Source: an uncultured archaeon | GTDB taxonomy: Archaea > Aenigmatarchaeota > Aenigmatarchaeia > QMZP01 > JACQNV01 | NCBI GenBank assembly: GCA_964410585.1 | Contig: CAYPFW010000003.1 | Location: 1 to 64,000 of the forward strand | Reading direction: 5' to 3' | DNA: 64,000 nt | In this document: positions 28,734 to 38,738 of the stretch, piece by piece | How the letters are laid out: each line of letters starts with the position of its first letter | How positions within the stretch are numbered: the stretch's first letter is position 1 | Program-made: the position numbers and the translations under genes | Notes under the pieces: generated by a model | Seen by the model: only the letters and a program-made list of their open reading frames with translations | Told to the model about the DNA's origin: nothing | Databases searched by the model: none

Positions 28734-29789
28734 TTATTTTGCTTCCTCTCTTGGTTGTTCTGCAGCTGGCTCTTCGCCAAGTATTTCTTCTCTAAACTTT
28801 TTAGCTTGTGCTCTTATTGCAGCTTCTCTTTGTGCTTCTTGCTCTTCTATAGTTCTGAAAACTTCATCAACATCAGCATTTATTGTATCTACTCTTTCTC
28901 TCAAAATATCAACGCCTTTGCCAACTTCGTCAACTACAGTTTCTACAACCCTTTCGTCGTCTCTTTGTATGTAACCTTGAAGTGCAGCTTCTGCTCTTTT
29001 GTTTCCATCAGCTAAAATTCTTACCATTCTATCTCTCTGAGCTCTTATTTGTGCTCTGAATTGTGCTCTTCGAGCTTCGTCTGGAGTGTAATTTCCTGGG
29101 ACAACATCAGCTCTTGGTGAACCGCCAACTGGTTGTTCTGCTGGGGTTGATGGACTAACTGGGACTTGCATTGGAATAGGGACTTCGCTTGGATTTACTG
29201 CAGCTGGGCTTGCTGATGCTGGATTAGGAGCTGGCTGACTTTCTGGAACAGTTGCTAAGTAAGCAACTGTCTCCAAACCAAGTCTAAGGTCTGAAACATC
29301 ACCTACACCTAAATCAGAAAGATAAATTCTCCAACCATTTCCTTCTGTATCTAATTCGCTTGTTTTGAATCTAACTTGTTTTTGTCTTCTTCCATTTGTG
29401 AAAACAACATCAAGGTATTCTGCACCTTCGATTTTTTCTAGAACTAAATACCGTGCTTTTTCATTTGCTATAGGAACATCGCTTGCTATACCTGTTCTAT
29501 AATCACTTGGTCTGACAGATCTTTTAACTTTCCTACCATCTGAATATGAGGATAAATCAACTTCCCTTCCTGTTTTGTCTTTTCCTACATCTTCAATTGG
29601 AAAGTTTAATTGAATTCTATCACTTGTAGGCTTTCTTTTTGCTTCGTTTTCTGTAACTGGGTGTCTGACGTGTGTTTCATCTAGCTCACTATATCTTCCA
29701 CTATCTTGACCATGATCTCTAAGGTTAACACAACCTGCTGCTGTCAGTGTTAATGCCGATGCAAAAGCGACTACATATCTATTTGACAT
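28734..29789 (-). CDS. Hypothetical lipoprotein-like protein
   Basis: LTAAGC lipobox-like leader; Pro-rich linker; coiled-coil C-terminus; GGGTGG SD. Confidence 0.65.
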   Translation of the reverse strand: MSNRYVVAFASALTLTAAGCVNLRDHGQDSGRYSELDETHVRHPVTENEAKRKPTSDRIQLNFPIEDVGKDKTGREVDLSSYSDGRKVKRSVRPSDYRTGIASDVPIANEKARYLVLEKIEGAEYLDVVFTNGRRQKQVRFKTSELDTEGNGWRIYLSDLGVGDVSDLRLGLETVAYLATVPESQPAPNPASASPAAVNPSEVPIPMQVPVSPSTPAEQPVGGSPRADVVPGNYTPDEARRAQFRAQIRAQRDRMVRILADGNKRAEAALQGYIQRDDERVVETVVDEVGKGVDILRERVDTINADVDEVFRTIEEQEAQREAAIRAQAKKFREEILGEEPAAEQPREEAK

Positions 29790-29874
29790 AGTTTAACCAC
29801 CCTTTAGTTAAAATTATGACATTATTTGAAAGTAGACTATTTAAACCTTTGCTTTCACCACCGATAAGTTTAAA

Positions 29875-29931
29875 TAGCTAGCCTCTCCCTTGTAAAAGAA
29901 AGGCTACTGTATCTAAAGAAAACGATTTACA
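29875..29931 (+). repeat. Module A, empty diverged form
   Basis: TAGCTAGCCT...AAAGGCTACTGTATCTAAAGAAAACGATTTACA, compared with the reverse complement of 14372-14440 and with 49452-49479. Confidence 0.75.
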
Positions 29932-29936
29932 GCTTC

Positions 29937-30902
29937 TTAATAAAAACTAGGAATAAGGAGAGATGTTATATCCCTTAAAGCAGGTGCTAAACCAAGTATT
30001 AGAATTATAACAAGTAAAAAGTTCCTAAGTCTGGGATCTTGCACATCTTTTTTGAAAAGCCAAACAGCTAGATAGACAACAACTATTTTTGAAATGAAAA
30101 AGCCTATTGCACCATAGAAGCCACCCAGATTACTGAAAAGTGAGCCACCCACAACGTGTTGCTCGCCAAAACCATAGAAGTTAATAGCCACAGATGTAGC
30201 AGCTGCATCTAAAAGGTGGACTGAAAGGATAGCTGTTGAAAAATAATTGACTATTTCTTTTGGTTTTTGCCACTTGGATTTTTTGAGAGCCCAAGAAATA
30301 AGAAGGAACAAACCAGTCAATGGAACAGCTATTGCTAAAACCTGGAAAAGAGGGAAAATCTGAGCTATCGGTGTGACAATGGTCATCGACAAAACAATCA
30401 AACCCAAAACAAACATTGGTTTCCAATATACTATTTTTAGCTTTTTCTGCAAACCAACTGAAATTAGGAAAATCACAAAAGCTATTCCAGCTGTTATCAA
30501 ATAGCTTCCTGGTGTCACAAACCATGTGACTACAGAGCTATAGAATTCTGGGATTCCAGGCACAGGCAGGATAGATTTTATATGAACCAAGGATGTTGAA
30601 TAAACTGTTTGGAAGTTGACTGATAGATCAGTATAAAAATTAGTAGGTGTTGATACCAAAACTCCAGAGGTTATTCCTGTGTAAATATAGTCCCTAAAAG
30701 CGCGTGTTAGCGATGCGAAAAATATGAAAGGTAGAAGGGCGACAAAAAACTTTCTGTCAATTTGGATATCCAAAAATTTTAACAGCTTGTAGACACCGAT
30801 AACACCTAAGATAAGAATTGCACCATAGACTAAAGTATCTAAAATATTGAAACCACCGTTTTGCAGATAGTGATTTAGAAAATATTCCTCAAAAAATCCC
30901 AT
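29937..30902 (-). CDS. DUF63 family membrane protein
   Basis: GGFNILDTLVY, FVTPG, HLLDAAAT, GEQHV and LGLAPALRD motifs. Confidence 0.85.
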   Translation of the reverse strand: MGFFEEYFLNHYLQNGGFNILDTLVYGAILILGVIGVYKLLKFLDIQIDRKFFVALLPFIFFASLTRAFRDYIYTGITSGVLVSTPTNFYTDLSVNFQTVYSTSLVHIKSILPVPGIPEFYSSVVTWFVTPGSYLITAGIAFVIFLISVGLQKKLKIVYWKPMFVLGLIVLSMTIVTPIAQIFPLFQVLAIAVPLTGLFLLISWALKKSKWQKPKEIVNYFSTAILSVHLLDAAATSVAINFYGFGEQHVVGGSLFSNLGGFYGAIGFFISKIVVVYLAVWLFKKDVQDPRLRNFLLVIILILGLAPALRDITSLLIPSFY

Positions 30903-30969
30903 TGAAGAAATTAGTGTATGGGTTAATAAATAAAATGTTTAAGGGGAATAAATCCCCCAAAAAACTAAA

Positions 30970-32619
30970 TCAGTAATCGCCACCCATTCCGCCGCCCATA
31001 CCATCCATTCCTGGAGGCATCTTTGGCATACCGCCTTTTGATCCACTTGACGAAATCACATCATCAATTCTTAGGATCAGTTCAGCAGCTTCTGAAGCAG
31101 ATTCAACTGCCTGTAGCTTGATTTTCAAAGGTTCGACAACACCTTCTTTCAACATGTCTACACATTCGCCTGAGAAAACATTAAGGCCTGAGTTTTTGTT
31201 TTTCTCAACTGCTGCTTTCAATGCTGCTACCTTGTCTATTTGATCCAAACCAGCATTTTCAGCTAAGCTTCTTGGTATGATTTCCAAAGCATCTGCAAAA
31301 GCATTGATAGCAAGCTGTTCTCTTCCTTTGAATGTTTCAGCGAATTTCCTAAGTTCTTTTGCTGTGTTGATTTCAGGACACCCTGCGCCTGGGACAATTT
31401 TTCCAAGTTCTAAAGCAGCTGCGCATCCTTTAACAGCATCCTCAAGTGCTCTGTAAACTTCATCTACAACATGCTCTGTTCCGCCTCTAACAAGAACAGT
31501 TACAGATTTTGGATCCCTGCATTTTTCAATGTATGTCATTTGGTCGCCTGAGATTTTTTGTTCTCTGACAACACCTGCGAATCCCAAATCGCTTGCTGAC
31601 AAATCATTTAGGCTGCTTACAAGCTTTGCTCCTGTTGCTCTTGCTAAAGCTTCCATGTCAGATTTTTTGACTCTTCTACAAGCCATTATACCATGTTTTG
31701 ATAAGAAATGTTGTGCAACATCATCTATGCCTTTTTGACACAAAAGGACATTTGCACCTGATTTGACAACCTTGTCAACCATTTCTTTCAATGTTCTTTC
31801 CTCTTCGCCTAAGAAAGCGTGCATTTTTTCTGGTGAGTCTATGTTGATTTTTGCATCGTTCTCCAAGTTTTTGACTTCCAAAGCAGCGTCCAGTAAAGCG
31901 ATTTTTGCGTTCTCAATTTTCTTTGGCATTGCTGAGTGGACAACTTCTTTGTCAATAACTATTCCTTCAACTAACTGAGTATCAGATATAGAACCACCAT
32001 GCTTTTTCTCAAGTTTAACATTGTCTGAATTTAATTTTAGTTTTCCATTTTCTGTTTCTGCAACCTTTTTAATTGCTTGAACAACAAGCTTTGACAAATG
32101 CTCACTTGCTCTCTCTGCTGATTTTCCTGTCATTGCTGTGTTTGCAATTTGTTGCAAAAGATTTTCATCTTTCAAAGAAATATCGATTGCCATTTTTCTT
32201 AAAGTTTCTAATGCCTTTTCTTTTGCAAGTCTATATCCCTTTGTGATTACAGTTGGATGTATCTCATCATCTAAAAGCTCGCCTGCTTTTTTCAAAAGTT
32301 CTCCAGCCAAAACAACTGCTGTTGTTGTTCCATCGCCTACTTCTTGGTCTTGTGTTTTTGCAATTTCAACCATCATTTTTGCGGCTGGGTGTTCAATCTG
32401 CATTTCTTGTAAGATTGTTGCACCATCATTTGTTATTGTAATATCACCAATAGAATCAACAAGCATCTTGTCCATTCCCTTTGGACCTAATGTAGTTCGC
32501 ACAGCGTCTGCTACAGCCTTTGCTGCATCAATGTTTACTCTCTGTGCATCTTTTCCCTTGTTTCTCAAAGTGCCTTCTGGCAAAATCAAAATTGGTTGTC
32601 CGCTAAATTGTCCGTTCAT
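30970..32619 (-). CDS. ths: Thermosome subunit (group II chaperonin)
   Basis: [18 protein letters not shown] and GDGTTT motifs; GGM tail. Confidence 0.98.
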   Translation of the reverse strand: MNGQFSGQPILILPEGTLRNKGKDAQRVNIDAAKAVADAVRTTLGPKGMDKMLVDSIGDITITNDGATILQEMQIEHPAAKMMVEIAKTQDQEVGDGTTTAVVLAGELLKKAGELLDDEIHPTVITKGYRLAKEKALETLRKMAIDISLKDENLLQQIANTAMTGKSAERASEHLSKLVVQAIKKVAETENGKLKLNSDNVKLEKKHGGSISDTQLVEGIVIDKEVVHSAMPKKIENAKIALLDAALEVKNLENDAKINIDSPEKMHAFLGEEERTLKEMVDKVVKSGANVLLCQKGIDDVAQHFLSKHGIMACRRVKKSDMEALARATGAKLVSSLNDLSASDLGFAGVVREQKISGDQMTYIEKCRDPKSVTVLVRGGTEHVVDEVYRALEDAVKGCAAALELGKIVPGAGCPEINTAKELRKFAETFKGREQLAINAFADALEIIPRSLAENAGLDQIDKVAALKAAVEKNKNSGLNVFSGECVDMLKEGVVEPLKIKLQAVESASEAAELILRIDDVISSSGSKGGMPKMPPGMDGMGGGMGGDY

Positions 32620-32797
32620 ACTAATCCCTCCGTTTTGAAATTATTATTTACCTAGCTTAGAAGCTAGTTGTAGATTTCAAAAAGATAGCTTATATTACAC
32701 ACTAGGTTTTTAAAGCTTTCGCCAAGTGGAAAACCAGTTAACATCGACACACTTTAAGGCTATATTAGCTTATATTTATCTAATACAAAAAGTCTTT

Positions 32798-33814
32798 ATG
32801 AAGGCTGTTTATTTTGATAAGTTGGGTGGAACCGATGTCCTAAAATATGGTGAACTTTCAACACCAAAACCGAAAAAAGGCGAGGCATTGATTCGTGTTA
32901 AAGCGTGTGCACTCAATTACTTGGATATTTGGCTTAGAAAAGATGAGACAAGGAACATACCTCTTCCACATGTCCCTGGCTCTGATGTTTCTGGAATAAT
33001 TGAAGAAATAAACGGGGAGAGCGAACTAAAAGTTGGAGACGAGATTGTTGTTAATCCTGCTATTCCTTGTGGTTCTTGCCCTAGGTGTGTACAACAGCAG
33101 CCATGTGAGTTGGTGAAAATTTTTGGCGCAAAAACTTGGGGCGGGTATGCTGAATATGTTGTTGTACCAATTCAACAATTATATCGAAAACCAAAAAACC
33201 TAAACTGGGCAGAGGCAGCTGCTTTTCCTTTGACTTTTCTAACAGCCTGGCATATGTTGGTTAGCAAAGCTAAACTGCAAAAGGGAGAAACTGTTTTTAT
33301 TTGGGGTGCCTCTGGCGGTCTTGGGATGGCTGCTATAGAAATTGCAAAATATTTTGGCGCGAAAGTGATAGCAGCTGCAAGAACAGATAAAACAGCTGAA
33401 AAAATAAAACAAATTAGAGCAGACGAAGTTGTTGTTTACACAAAAGAAAATGTTGAAGAAAGAATGAAAAAATTAACAGAGCATGGAGTAGATGTTGTTT
33501 TTGAAAGTGTTGGAGAGAAAACATGGAACACGAGTTTGAATATTCTTAGGTTTGGTGGGAGGCTTGTAATTGCCGGAGCAACAAGCGGTGAAATGGGGAC
33601 ACAAAGTTTGAGCGACTTATACTACAAACAGCTTTCTATTTTTGGATGTAGAATGGGGAACAGAGAAGAATTTGAACAAGTTCTAAAGGTTGTTGAACAA
33701 GGAAAAATAAAACCAAGAATCGATAAAGTTTTCCCGCTCAAAGATGGAACAAAAGCCCAACAAAGAATGGAAGAAGGAAAACATTTGGGAAAGATTGTTC
33801 TGGAAGTAAAATAG
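32798..33814 (+). CDS. Zinc-binding dehydrogenase (MDR/quinone oxidoreductase-like)
   Basis: PHVPGSD, CGSCPRC, GASGGLG and GKIVL motifs. Confidence 0.9.
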   Translation: MKAVYFDKLGGTDVLKYGELSTPKPKKGEALIRVKACALNYLDIWLRKDETRNIPLPHVPGSDVSGIIEEINGESELKVGDEIVVNPAIPCGSCPRCVQQQPCELVKIFGAKTWGGYAEYVVVPIQQLYRKPKNLNWAEAAAFPLTFLTAWHMLVSKAKLQKGETVFIWGASGGLGMAAIEIAKYFGAKVIAAARTDKTAEKIKQIRADEVVVYTKENVEERMKKLTEHGVDVVFESVGEKTWNTSLNILRFGGRLVIAGATSGEMGTQSLSDLYYKQLSIFGCRMGNREEFEQVLKVVEQGKIKPRIDKVFPLKDGTKAQQRMEEGKHLGKIVLEVK

Positions 33815-33981
33815 TGGACCCGCTGGGATTCGAACCCAGGACATCCAGCATCTACGCTGGACTAATCAGCAAACTGAGCTGATGTTTTTCTAAGCACGAA
33901 TGCTTAGCAGCCTTATAAGACTTGCACAATAATTGCAAAATGCAATTGATATGGCGCTCTGGCCAACTGAGCTACGGGTCC
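33815..33981 (-). tRNA. tRNA-Ile(TAT) with two non-canonical introns (33922-33951 at 29/30; 33850-33912 at 38/39)
   Basis: Removing 30+63 nt gives a 74-nt cloverleaf: GGACCCG/CGGGTCC, CCAGT-CTTATAA-GCTGG, CTGGG-TTCGAAT-CCCAG; both junctions form BHB-type motifs. Confidence 0.88.
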
Positions 33982-34088
33982 TTAACAGAAAGCTGCGATG
34001 TTATCGCAGAACCTCTGAATCTAAAATATTGCTTCTTCTTTATTTAACCTTTTTAGTTGCTTTTTATTATCTGAAATTAATTATCCCA

Positions 34089-35366
34089 ATGAAATTCTAC
34101 GGCGATTTTCACATTCATAGCAGCTATAGCAGGGCCTGCAGCAAGGATTTGAACATAGAAAATTTGGAAAAATATTCCAGGATGAAAGGCCTGAATGTAA
34201 TTGGCACAGGTGATTTTCAACATCCTAAATGGATAGTTCAACTCAAAGAAAATCTTAAAGATGATGGTTCTGGGATTCTAAAAACAAAAACAGGCTTTCC
34301 CTTCATTTGTACTTCAGAAGTTTCTCTGATGTATACACAAGACAAAAAAGGAAGAAGAATTCATTTTGTTTTGCTCTCACCGAATTTGGAAGTTGTAGAT
34401 CAGATAACAGAAGCCTTGAAAAAAAGAGGACGAGTAGATTATGATGGCCGCCCTATATTTGGGTTTTCAGCAATTGAACTTGTTGAGATGATGAATTCTA
34501 TTTCAGACAAAATAGAAATTATTCCAGCTCATTCCTGGACACCCTGGTTTGGAATTTTTGGAGAGAAAACAGGATTTGATTCTTTGGAAGAATGCTTTCA
34601 GGAAAAAACAAAATATATACATGCAATTGAAACAGGCCTGTCTAGCGATCCTGCAATGAATTGGCGCATACCGTTTTTGGATAATATCAATCTAGTTTCA
34701 TTTAGTGATAATCATTCTTACTGGCCTTGGAGAATAGGAAGAGAGGCGACTGTATTTGATTTGAAAGAATTATCGTATGACAATTTACTAAAAGCAATTA
34801 GAACAGGACAAGGATTAACAGGGACATTAGAATTTTTTCCAGAGGAAGGGAAGTATCACTGGGATGGGCACAGAAATTGTGGAGTTGTTTTGTCGCCGCA
34901 GGAATCACAGAAGGTCGGTGGGATTTGTCCGAAGTGTGGAAGTAAGTTGACTTTGGGTGTTGAATACAGGGTTGAACAACTTGCAAAAAGACCCGCTGGC
35001 TACAAGCCGAAAAACGCAAAAGAATTTTCGTCGCTTATACCGCTTTCTGAAATCATACAGCACCATATGAACCAAACAAATGTAGCATCAAAAAAAGTTT
35101 GGGAAGTTTACAACAAATTGATTGAAAGTTTTGGAAATGAGCTGAACATACTTTTAGATGTTTCAAAAGAAAACTTGGAAAAAGTTGTTGAAAAGGAACT
35201 AGCTGAAAAAATAATCGCTGTAAGGAACAAGGAAGTTTGGGTTTTCCCTGGGTTTGATGGTGAATATGGGAAAATATTTTTTGACAAAAAGGAATATGAC
35301 AAGTTGATGGCAAACAAAGAGACAACAAAGAAAACAAAGGCACAAAAAAATTTGCTGGATTTCTAA
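34089..35366 (+). CDS. Endonuclease Q family protein (PHP domain plus Zn ribbon)
   Basis: DFHIHSSYSRA, GTGDFQHP, PAHSWTPW, ETGLSSDP, GKYHWDGHRNC, CPKCG and PGFDGEYG motifs. Confidence 0.92.
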   Translation: MKFYGDFHIHSSYSRACSKDLNIENLEKYSRMKGLNVIGTGDFQHPKWIVQLKENLKDDGSGILKTKTGFPFICTSEVSLMYTQDKKGRRIHFVLLSPNLEVVDQITEALKKRGRVDYDGRPIFGFSAIELVEMMNSISDKIEIIPAHSWTPWFGIFGEKTGFDSLEECFQEKTKYIHAIETGLSSDPAMNWRIPFLDNINLVSFSDNHSYWPWRIGREATVFDLKELSYDNLLKAIRTGQGLTGTLEFFPEEGKYHWDGHRNCGVVLSPQESQKVGGICPKCGSKLTLGVEYRVEQLAKRPAGYKPKNAKEFSSLIPLSEIIQHHMNQTNVASKKVWEVYNKLIESFGNELNILLDVSKENLEKVVEKELAEKIIAVRNKEVWVFPGFDGEYGKIFFDKKEYDKLMANKETTKKTKAQKNLLDF

Positions 35367-35549
35367 GTGTATATTTTTGATTTTTGGGTACGGTATCTGC
35401 ATCTCTCGGAGAGATGATGCAGAGATGTCTCGTGAACTATTAACAGTTCACTCTGTTAGTTGGAGACACGAGCCTTTTGAGGACGAGTCGGATACCGAAG
35501 CTGACTTCGTCAGCTTCCAATTGAGAACTCCTGGAAAAGGCTAGCTCTA
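35367..35549 (-). repeat. Composite repeat: module A carrying a 76-bp module B insert and a 42-nt loop replacement
   Basis: Collinear with 14372-14440 apart from inserts at 35395-35470 and 35484-35525. Confidence 0.9.
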
Positions 35550-36416
35550 AATTTTTCCAGAAGTATCAATTGCTATTGTTGCTTCGTCTTCTGTTTTGTA
35601 TTCATAGTTGAGAGTGACTCTGATTATAGGATATTTGTCGAATTGCGGCTGCGTAGACTCGATGATTGTACAAGGCAGCGTATATGACTCATCCTTTTTC
35701 AAAGATTTGACACCAGTAGATTGACATGTGTCAGAAAATTTCACGCCTTGCTCTAAGAGCTCAACTTGGTAGCTGAACTTGTTCTCCCCATTTTTACAAT
35801 CTGGTGAACAAACAATTCCTCCACCTACATTTTTCACTGTTATCAATATTGGCGAGCTAAATGTATTTTGGAAAACAGTTACTGGAGTTTTTGCTTGAAT
35901 ATCTATACTCAAAGGTGAATTTTTAGGTGATACACCTTCTACAAAAGTAAGTGGTGCACCAGAATCACGCGCTAATCTAGCCTGCTCATATGATTTCACT
36001 TGTATTGCTTCTGTGGCAACTGATGTGTATTTGTAAATAACAGAAATCCGTGCCTGCTTTTCCACTTTTAATCCAGAAGGTATATCTGGAACATGTCCTG
36101 AGAAAGAGCACGATTCTTCCTGACTGGCCATGAGTTTAGTATTCAGTTTACATGAGGGCTGAAGATTGAACTCAGAAGTTGTTTCCACCTTTATTGAATC
36201 TGCCTCCTCGCTTCCTATGTTTTCTAAAACAAGGTCAAATTCAATGGGTTGGTTTGGTAGGAATGTTTGTGAAGAATCAATTATTATTGGCGCCCACTCT
36301 TTTATTATTAATCCGCTTGTGGCCTTGTGAATGTCGCCACCATTTTGAACACAACCAGAAAGAAAAACTAGTAAAGCGATAAAAAAGAGAAAGCTCTTAC
36401 GCATAGGTCTATTCAA
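35547..36416 (-). CDS. Lipoprotein-like Ig-fold surface protein (paralog 1)
   Basis: FLSGC leader; LENIG, Y.Y.S and SPLSI motifs. Confidence 0.75.
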   Translation of the reverse strand: MNRPMRKSFLFFIALLVFLSGCVQNGGDIHKATSGLIIKEWAPIIIDSSQTFLPNQPIEFDLVLENIGSEEADSIKVETTSEFNLQPSCKLNTKLMASQEESCSFSGHVPDIPSGLKVEKQARISVIYKYTSVATEAIQVKSYEQARLARDSGAPLTFVEGVSPKNSPLSIDIQAKTPVTVFQNTFSSPILITVKNVGGGIVCSPDCKNGENKFSYQVELLEQGVKFSDTCQSTGVKSLKKDESYTLPCTIIESTQPQFDKYPIIRVTLNYEYKTEDEATIAIDTSGKI

Positions 36417-37362
36417 CTTTTGTTCCCTTTATGCTGACTGCAAGGCTTTTTTGAACCCTATATGTGTAAGTTATTTTTGCCTTGATGACACCAGATTCCT
36501 GGAATTGGACATCTGAAGGAAGTTGGACAGAGCATGTTACTGTTGTTGGCCTGTCTCTTGTTACCTTTACCTCAGGTTGATTGACAGAGCATGTCGGTAC
36601 TGTGTTTCCTAAAACTTGGAATTGATCTAATCTTACTAAAAAGTCTCTGGCTGCTGCCCCGCCACCCATATCCTGTGTGACTGTTCCACCAGTAGGACCA
36701 GTATTTTGTAGTTTCAAGCTCACTGTCATTTGCCTATTAGGACCAGCTTTGACAACATCTAAAGATTGTATTGTTAAAGATACAGGGCCTTCACCGCCTT
36801 TTGATTCTGCATTTACAGCAGATGATCCACCAGAATCAAGTGTTTGTCTTATTGATTGAGCATCAACAACTGAAAATGTCTTTGCAACTTCTGTTTCATA
36901 ATCATAAGATACATATAAATCAACTGGGATGCTTTGTGTGTCTGTTGAAATTGGCTCATCTATCACCTGACCAGTTACCTGAGGAAGCGTTACAGATGAT
37001 GTACCAGCGCCTGCTTCAACTCCTGGAAGTGTTGTTGTTGGAAGTTGAGGTGATTGAACTGAAAGGAATCTACTATTCGTACTTAAAGCAGCTCTCAGAT
37101 TTTTAGCATCTTGTTTTCCACTATTTTCCAGCTCTATATTTACAAAAAATTGTTCGCCTTTTGAAACAGCCCCTGGCGGACTAAGTGAAAAATCCTTTAT
37201 GATAAGACCCTGATTTGAGCCGCCTCCACCACCACCATCTACACAACCAGAAACAAAAACAACTAGGAAAATAGGAATTATGTACAATAATTTGCGGTTA
37301 AATTTTGTTTTCATCTTATTATTTGGTTGCATTAATTTATAAGTTTGATATTTGATAACCAA
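36409..37362 (-). CDS. Lipoprotein-like Ig-fold surface protein (paralog 2)
   Basis: FVSGC leader; LENSG, YDYET and GPVSL motifs; true start probably at a downstream ATG. Confidence 0.75.
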   Translation of the reverse strand: MVIKYQTYKLMQPNNKMKTKFNRKLLYIIPIFLVVFVSGCVDGGGGGGSNQGLIIKDFSLSPPGAVSKGEQFFVNIELENSGKQDAKNLRAALSTNSRFLSVQSPQLPTTTLPGVEAGAGTSSVTLPQVTGQVIDEPISTDTQSIPVDLYVSYDYETEVAKTFSVVDAQSIRQTLDSGGSSAVNAESKGGEGPVSLTIQSLDVVKAGPNRQMTVSLKLQNTGPTGGTVTQDMGGGAAARDFLVRLDQFQVLGNTVPTCSVNQPEVKVTRDRPTTVTCSVQLPSDVQFQESGVIKAKITYTYRVQKSLAVSIKGTKVE

Positions 37363-37370
37363 TCAATCGA

Positions 37371-38294
37371 TTATCTATATGTTACTGTTATTTGCGGTGT
37401 TCTGTAGACTATTTGATATGAGTATTTTGCTTTAACAACAACATCTGTTGAATCCTCATTTGTTGGGGTTTCTGATTTGCATGGTATGACTTTCAAGTCG
37501 CCACTTATCCCCTCTATTTTGTCCCCAGCATTTATTTCAACATCTTTACCGTTTATTGTGCAAACTGTGTTTGGGAATTTTTTGAACAAATCAATATCTG
37601 TGATTTCAATTTCATTGCCTACAAGTCTGACTTCTTTTTCATCTGAAGATGGGTGCTTTGCTTTTTCTATGTACAGATTTATCCTAAAAGGCCTTGGAGA
37701 TGATGTGACTTTTATTGGCTGAGCTTCTTCGACTTTGAAATAAACTTTGACAGGGCCTGTTCCCTTTGTTGGTTCCTGAACGCTTTGCTCAGTTGCTGTT
37801 GTTCTGAATGCAATACTTGTGAGCCCTGATGTTTCATACTCATAATCTGTAAGGATATCAAATGTACATTGAGGAGCGATCTCTGCTATATCTCTTTGTT
37901 TGAAAAGCACATTCCATATGACAGATTCGCCTGTTGGTGTATCGCCTATAGGCTGGAGATCTAGATTTTGGCATCCCCATCCTGTTATTGAACTTGTACC
38001 AAATGGATTTGAATTCGCAGGACAGACAGGCTTTACAGATTCCACTTCACATGTTGGATTAGAAAGAATGACCTTTGTTTTTATTGGTGGGTTTAGCAAA
38101 TTTGTGTCAGCGTTTTTTACTTTTACTTCTAAGGAATATGGTTCTGTTGAAAAAAGCTTTGTTGAGCCTGGAACAATTTCAAAAACTTTTATCACATCTG
38201 TCCCACCAACAAAATTATTTCCATTTCCTGGCCATTTGATACAACCAGAAAGTATAACAATTGCAAGGACTGGAAGAAGATAAGCAAATTTCAT
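37371..38294 (-). CDS. Lipoprotein-like Ig-fold surface protein (paralog 3)
   Basis: ILSGC leader; YEYET and GPVKV motifs. Confidence 0.75.
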   Translation of the reverse strand: MKFAYLLPVLAIVILSGCIKWPGNGNNFVGGTDVIKVFEIVPGSTKLFSTEPYSLEVKVKNADTNLLNPPIKTKVILSNPTCEVESVKPVCPANSNPFGTSSITGWGCQNLDLQPIGDTPTGESVIWNVLFKQRDIAEIAPQCTFDILTDYEYETSGLTSIAFRTTATEQSVQEPTKGTGPVKVYFKVEEAQPIKVTSSPRPFRINLYIEKAKHPSSDEKEVRLVGNEIEITDIDLFKKFPNTVCTINGKDVEINAGDKIEGISGDLKVIPCKSETPTNEDSTDVVVKAKYSYQIVYRTPQITVTYR

Positions 38295-38332
38295 AGTATT
38301 AGTTAGCCGAATAAGTTTAAATGTTATTAGAA

Positions 38333-38737
38333 CTAGTCTGCAATCTCAAACTTTAAACCGTAGTGGATGAGACCATCTGAATTGTCTTCATAGATTTTTC
38401 TGAAAATAGGCTTGACTTTTTTTCCAACTTGGATTTTTGTGTGGTCGCCAACAACTGGTGCAGAAATATTTGTGCCTTCTTCTAATCGTATGATAGCGAC
38501 TGCGTATGGAGATATTTTTTCAAAACCTTCTGGGGCTGCATGGATAACTGTGTAGGAAAGGACTTCACCTTTTCCTGAGAATTTAAATTCTTCTAGTTGG
38601 CCTTTTCTTCTACAATCTGTGCACAATTTTCTTGGCGGATAGAAGACAGCAAAGCATGTTGCACATTTTGTGCCTATTAAATTATATTTGTGTCTCCTCA
38701 ATCTCCAATAAATTGGTATGCTAGCTTTATGTGGCAT
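38333..38737 (-). CDS. DUF35 Zn-ribbon/OB-fold scaffold protein
   Basis: C..C...YPPR..C..C and G.IHYG.KF motifs; adjacent to the thiolase. Confidence 0.92.
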   Translation of the reverse strand: MPHKASIPIYWRLRRHKYNLIGTKCATCFAVFYPPRKLCTDCRRKGQLEEFKFSGKGEVLSYTVIHAAPEGFEKISPYAVAIIRLEEGTNISAPVVGDHTKIQVGKKVKPIFRKIYEDNSDGLIHYGLKFEIAD

Positions 38738-38738
38738 A

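Noticed and set aside
33933-34088. N-terminal extension of EndoQ
   Set aside because: It overlaps tRNA-Ile; homology begins at ATG 34089.
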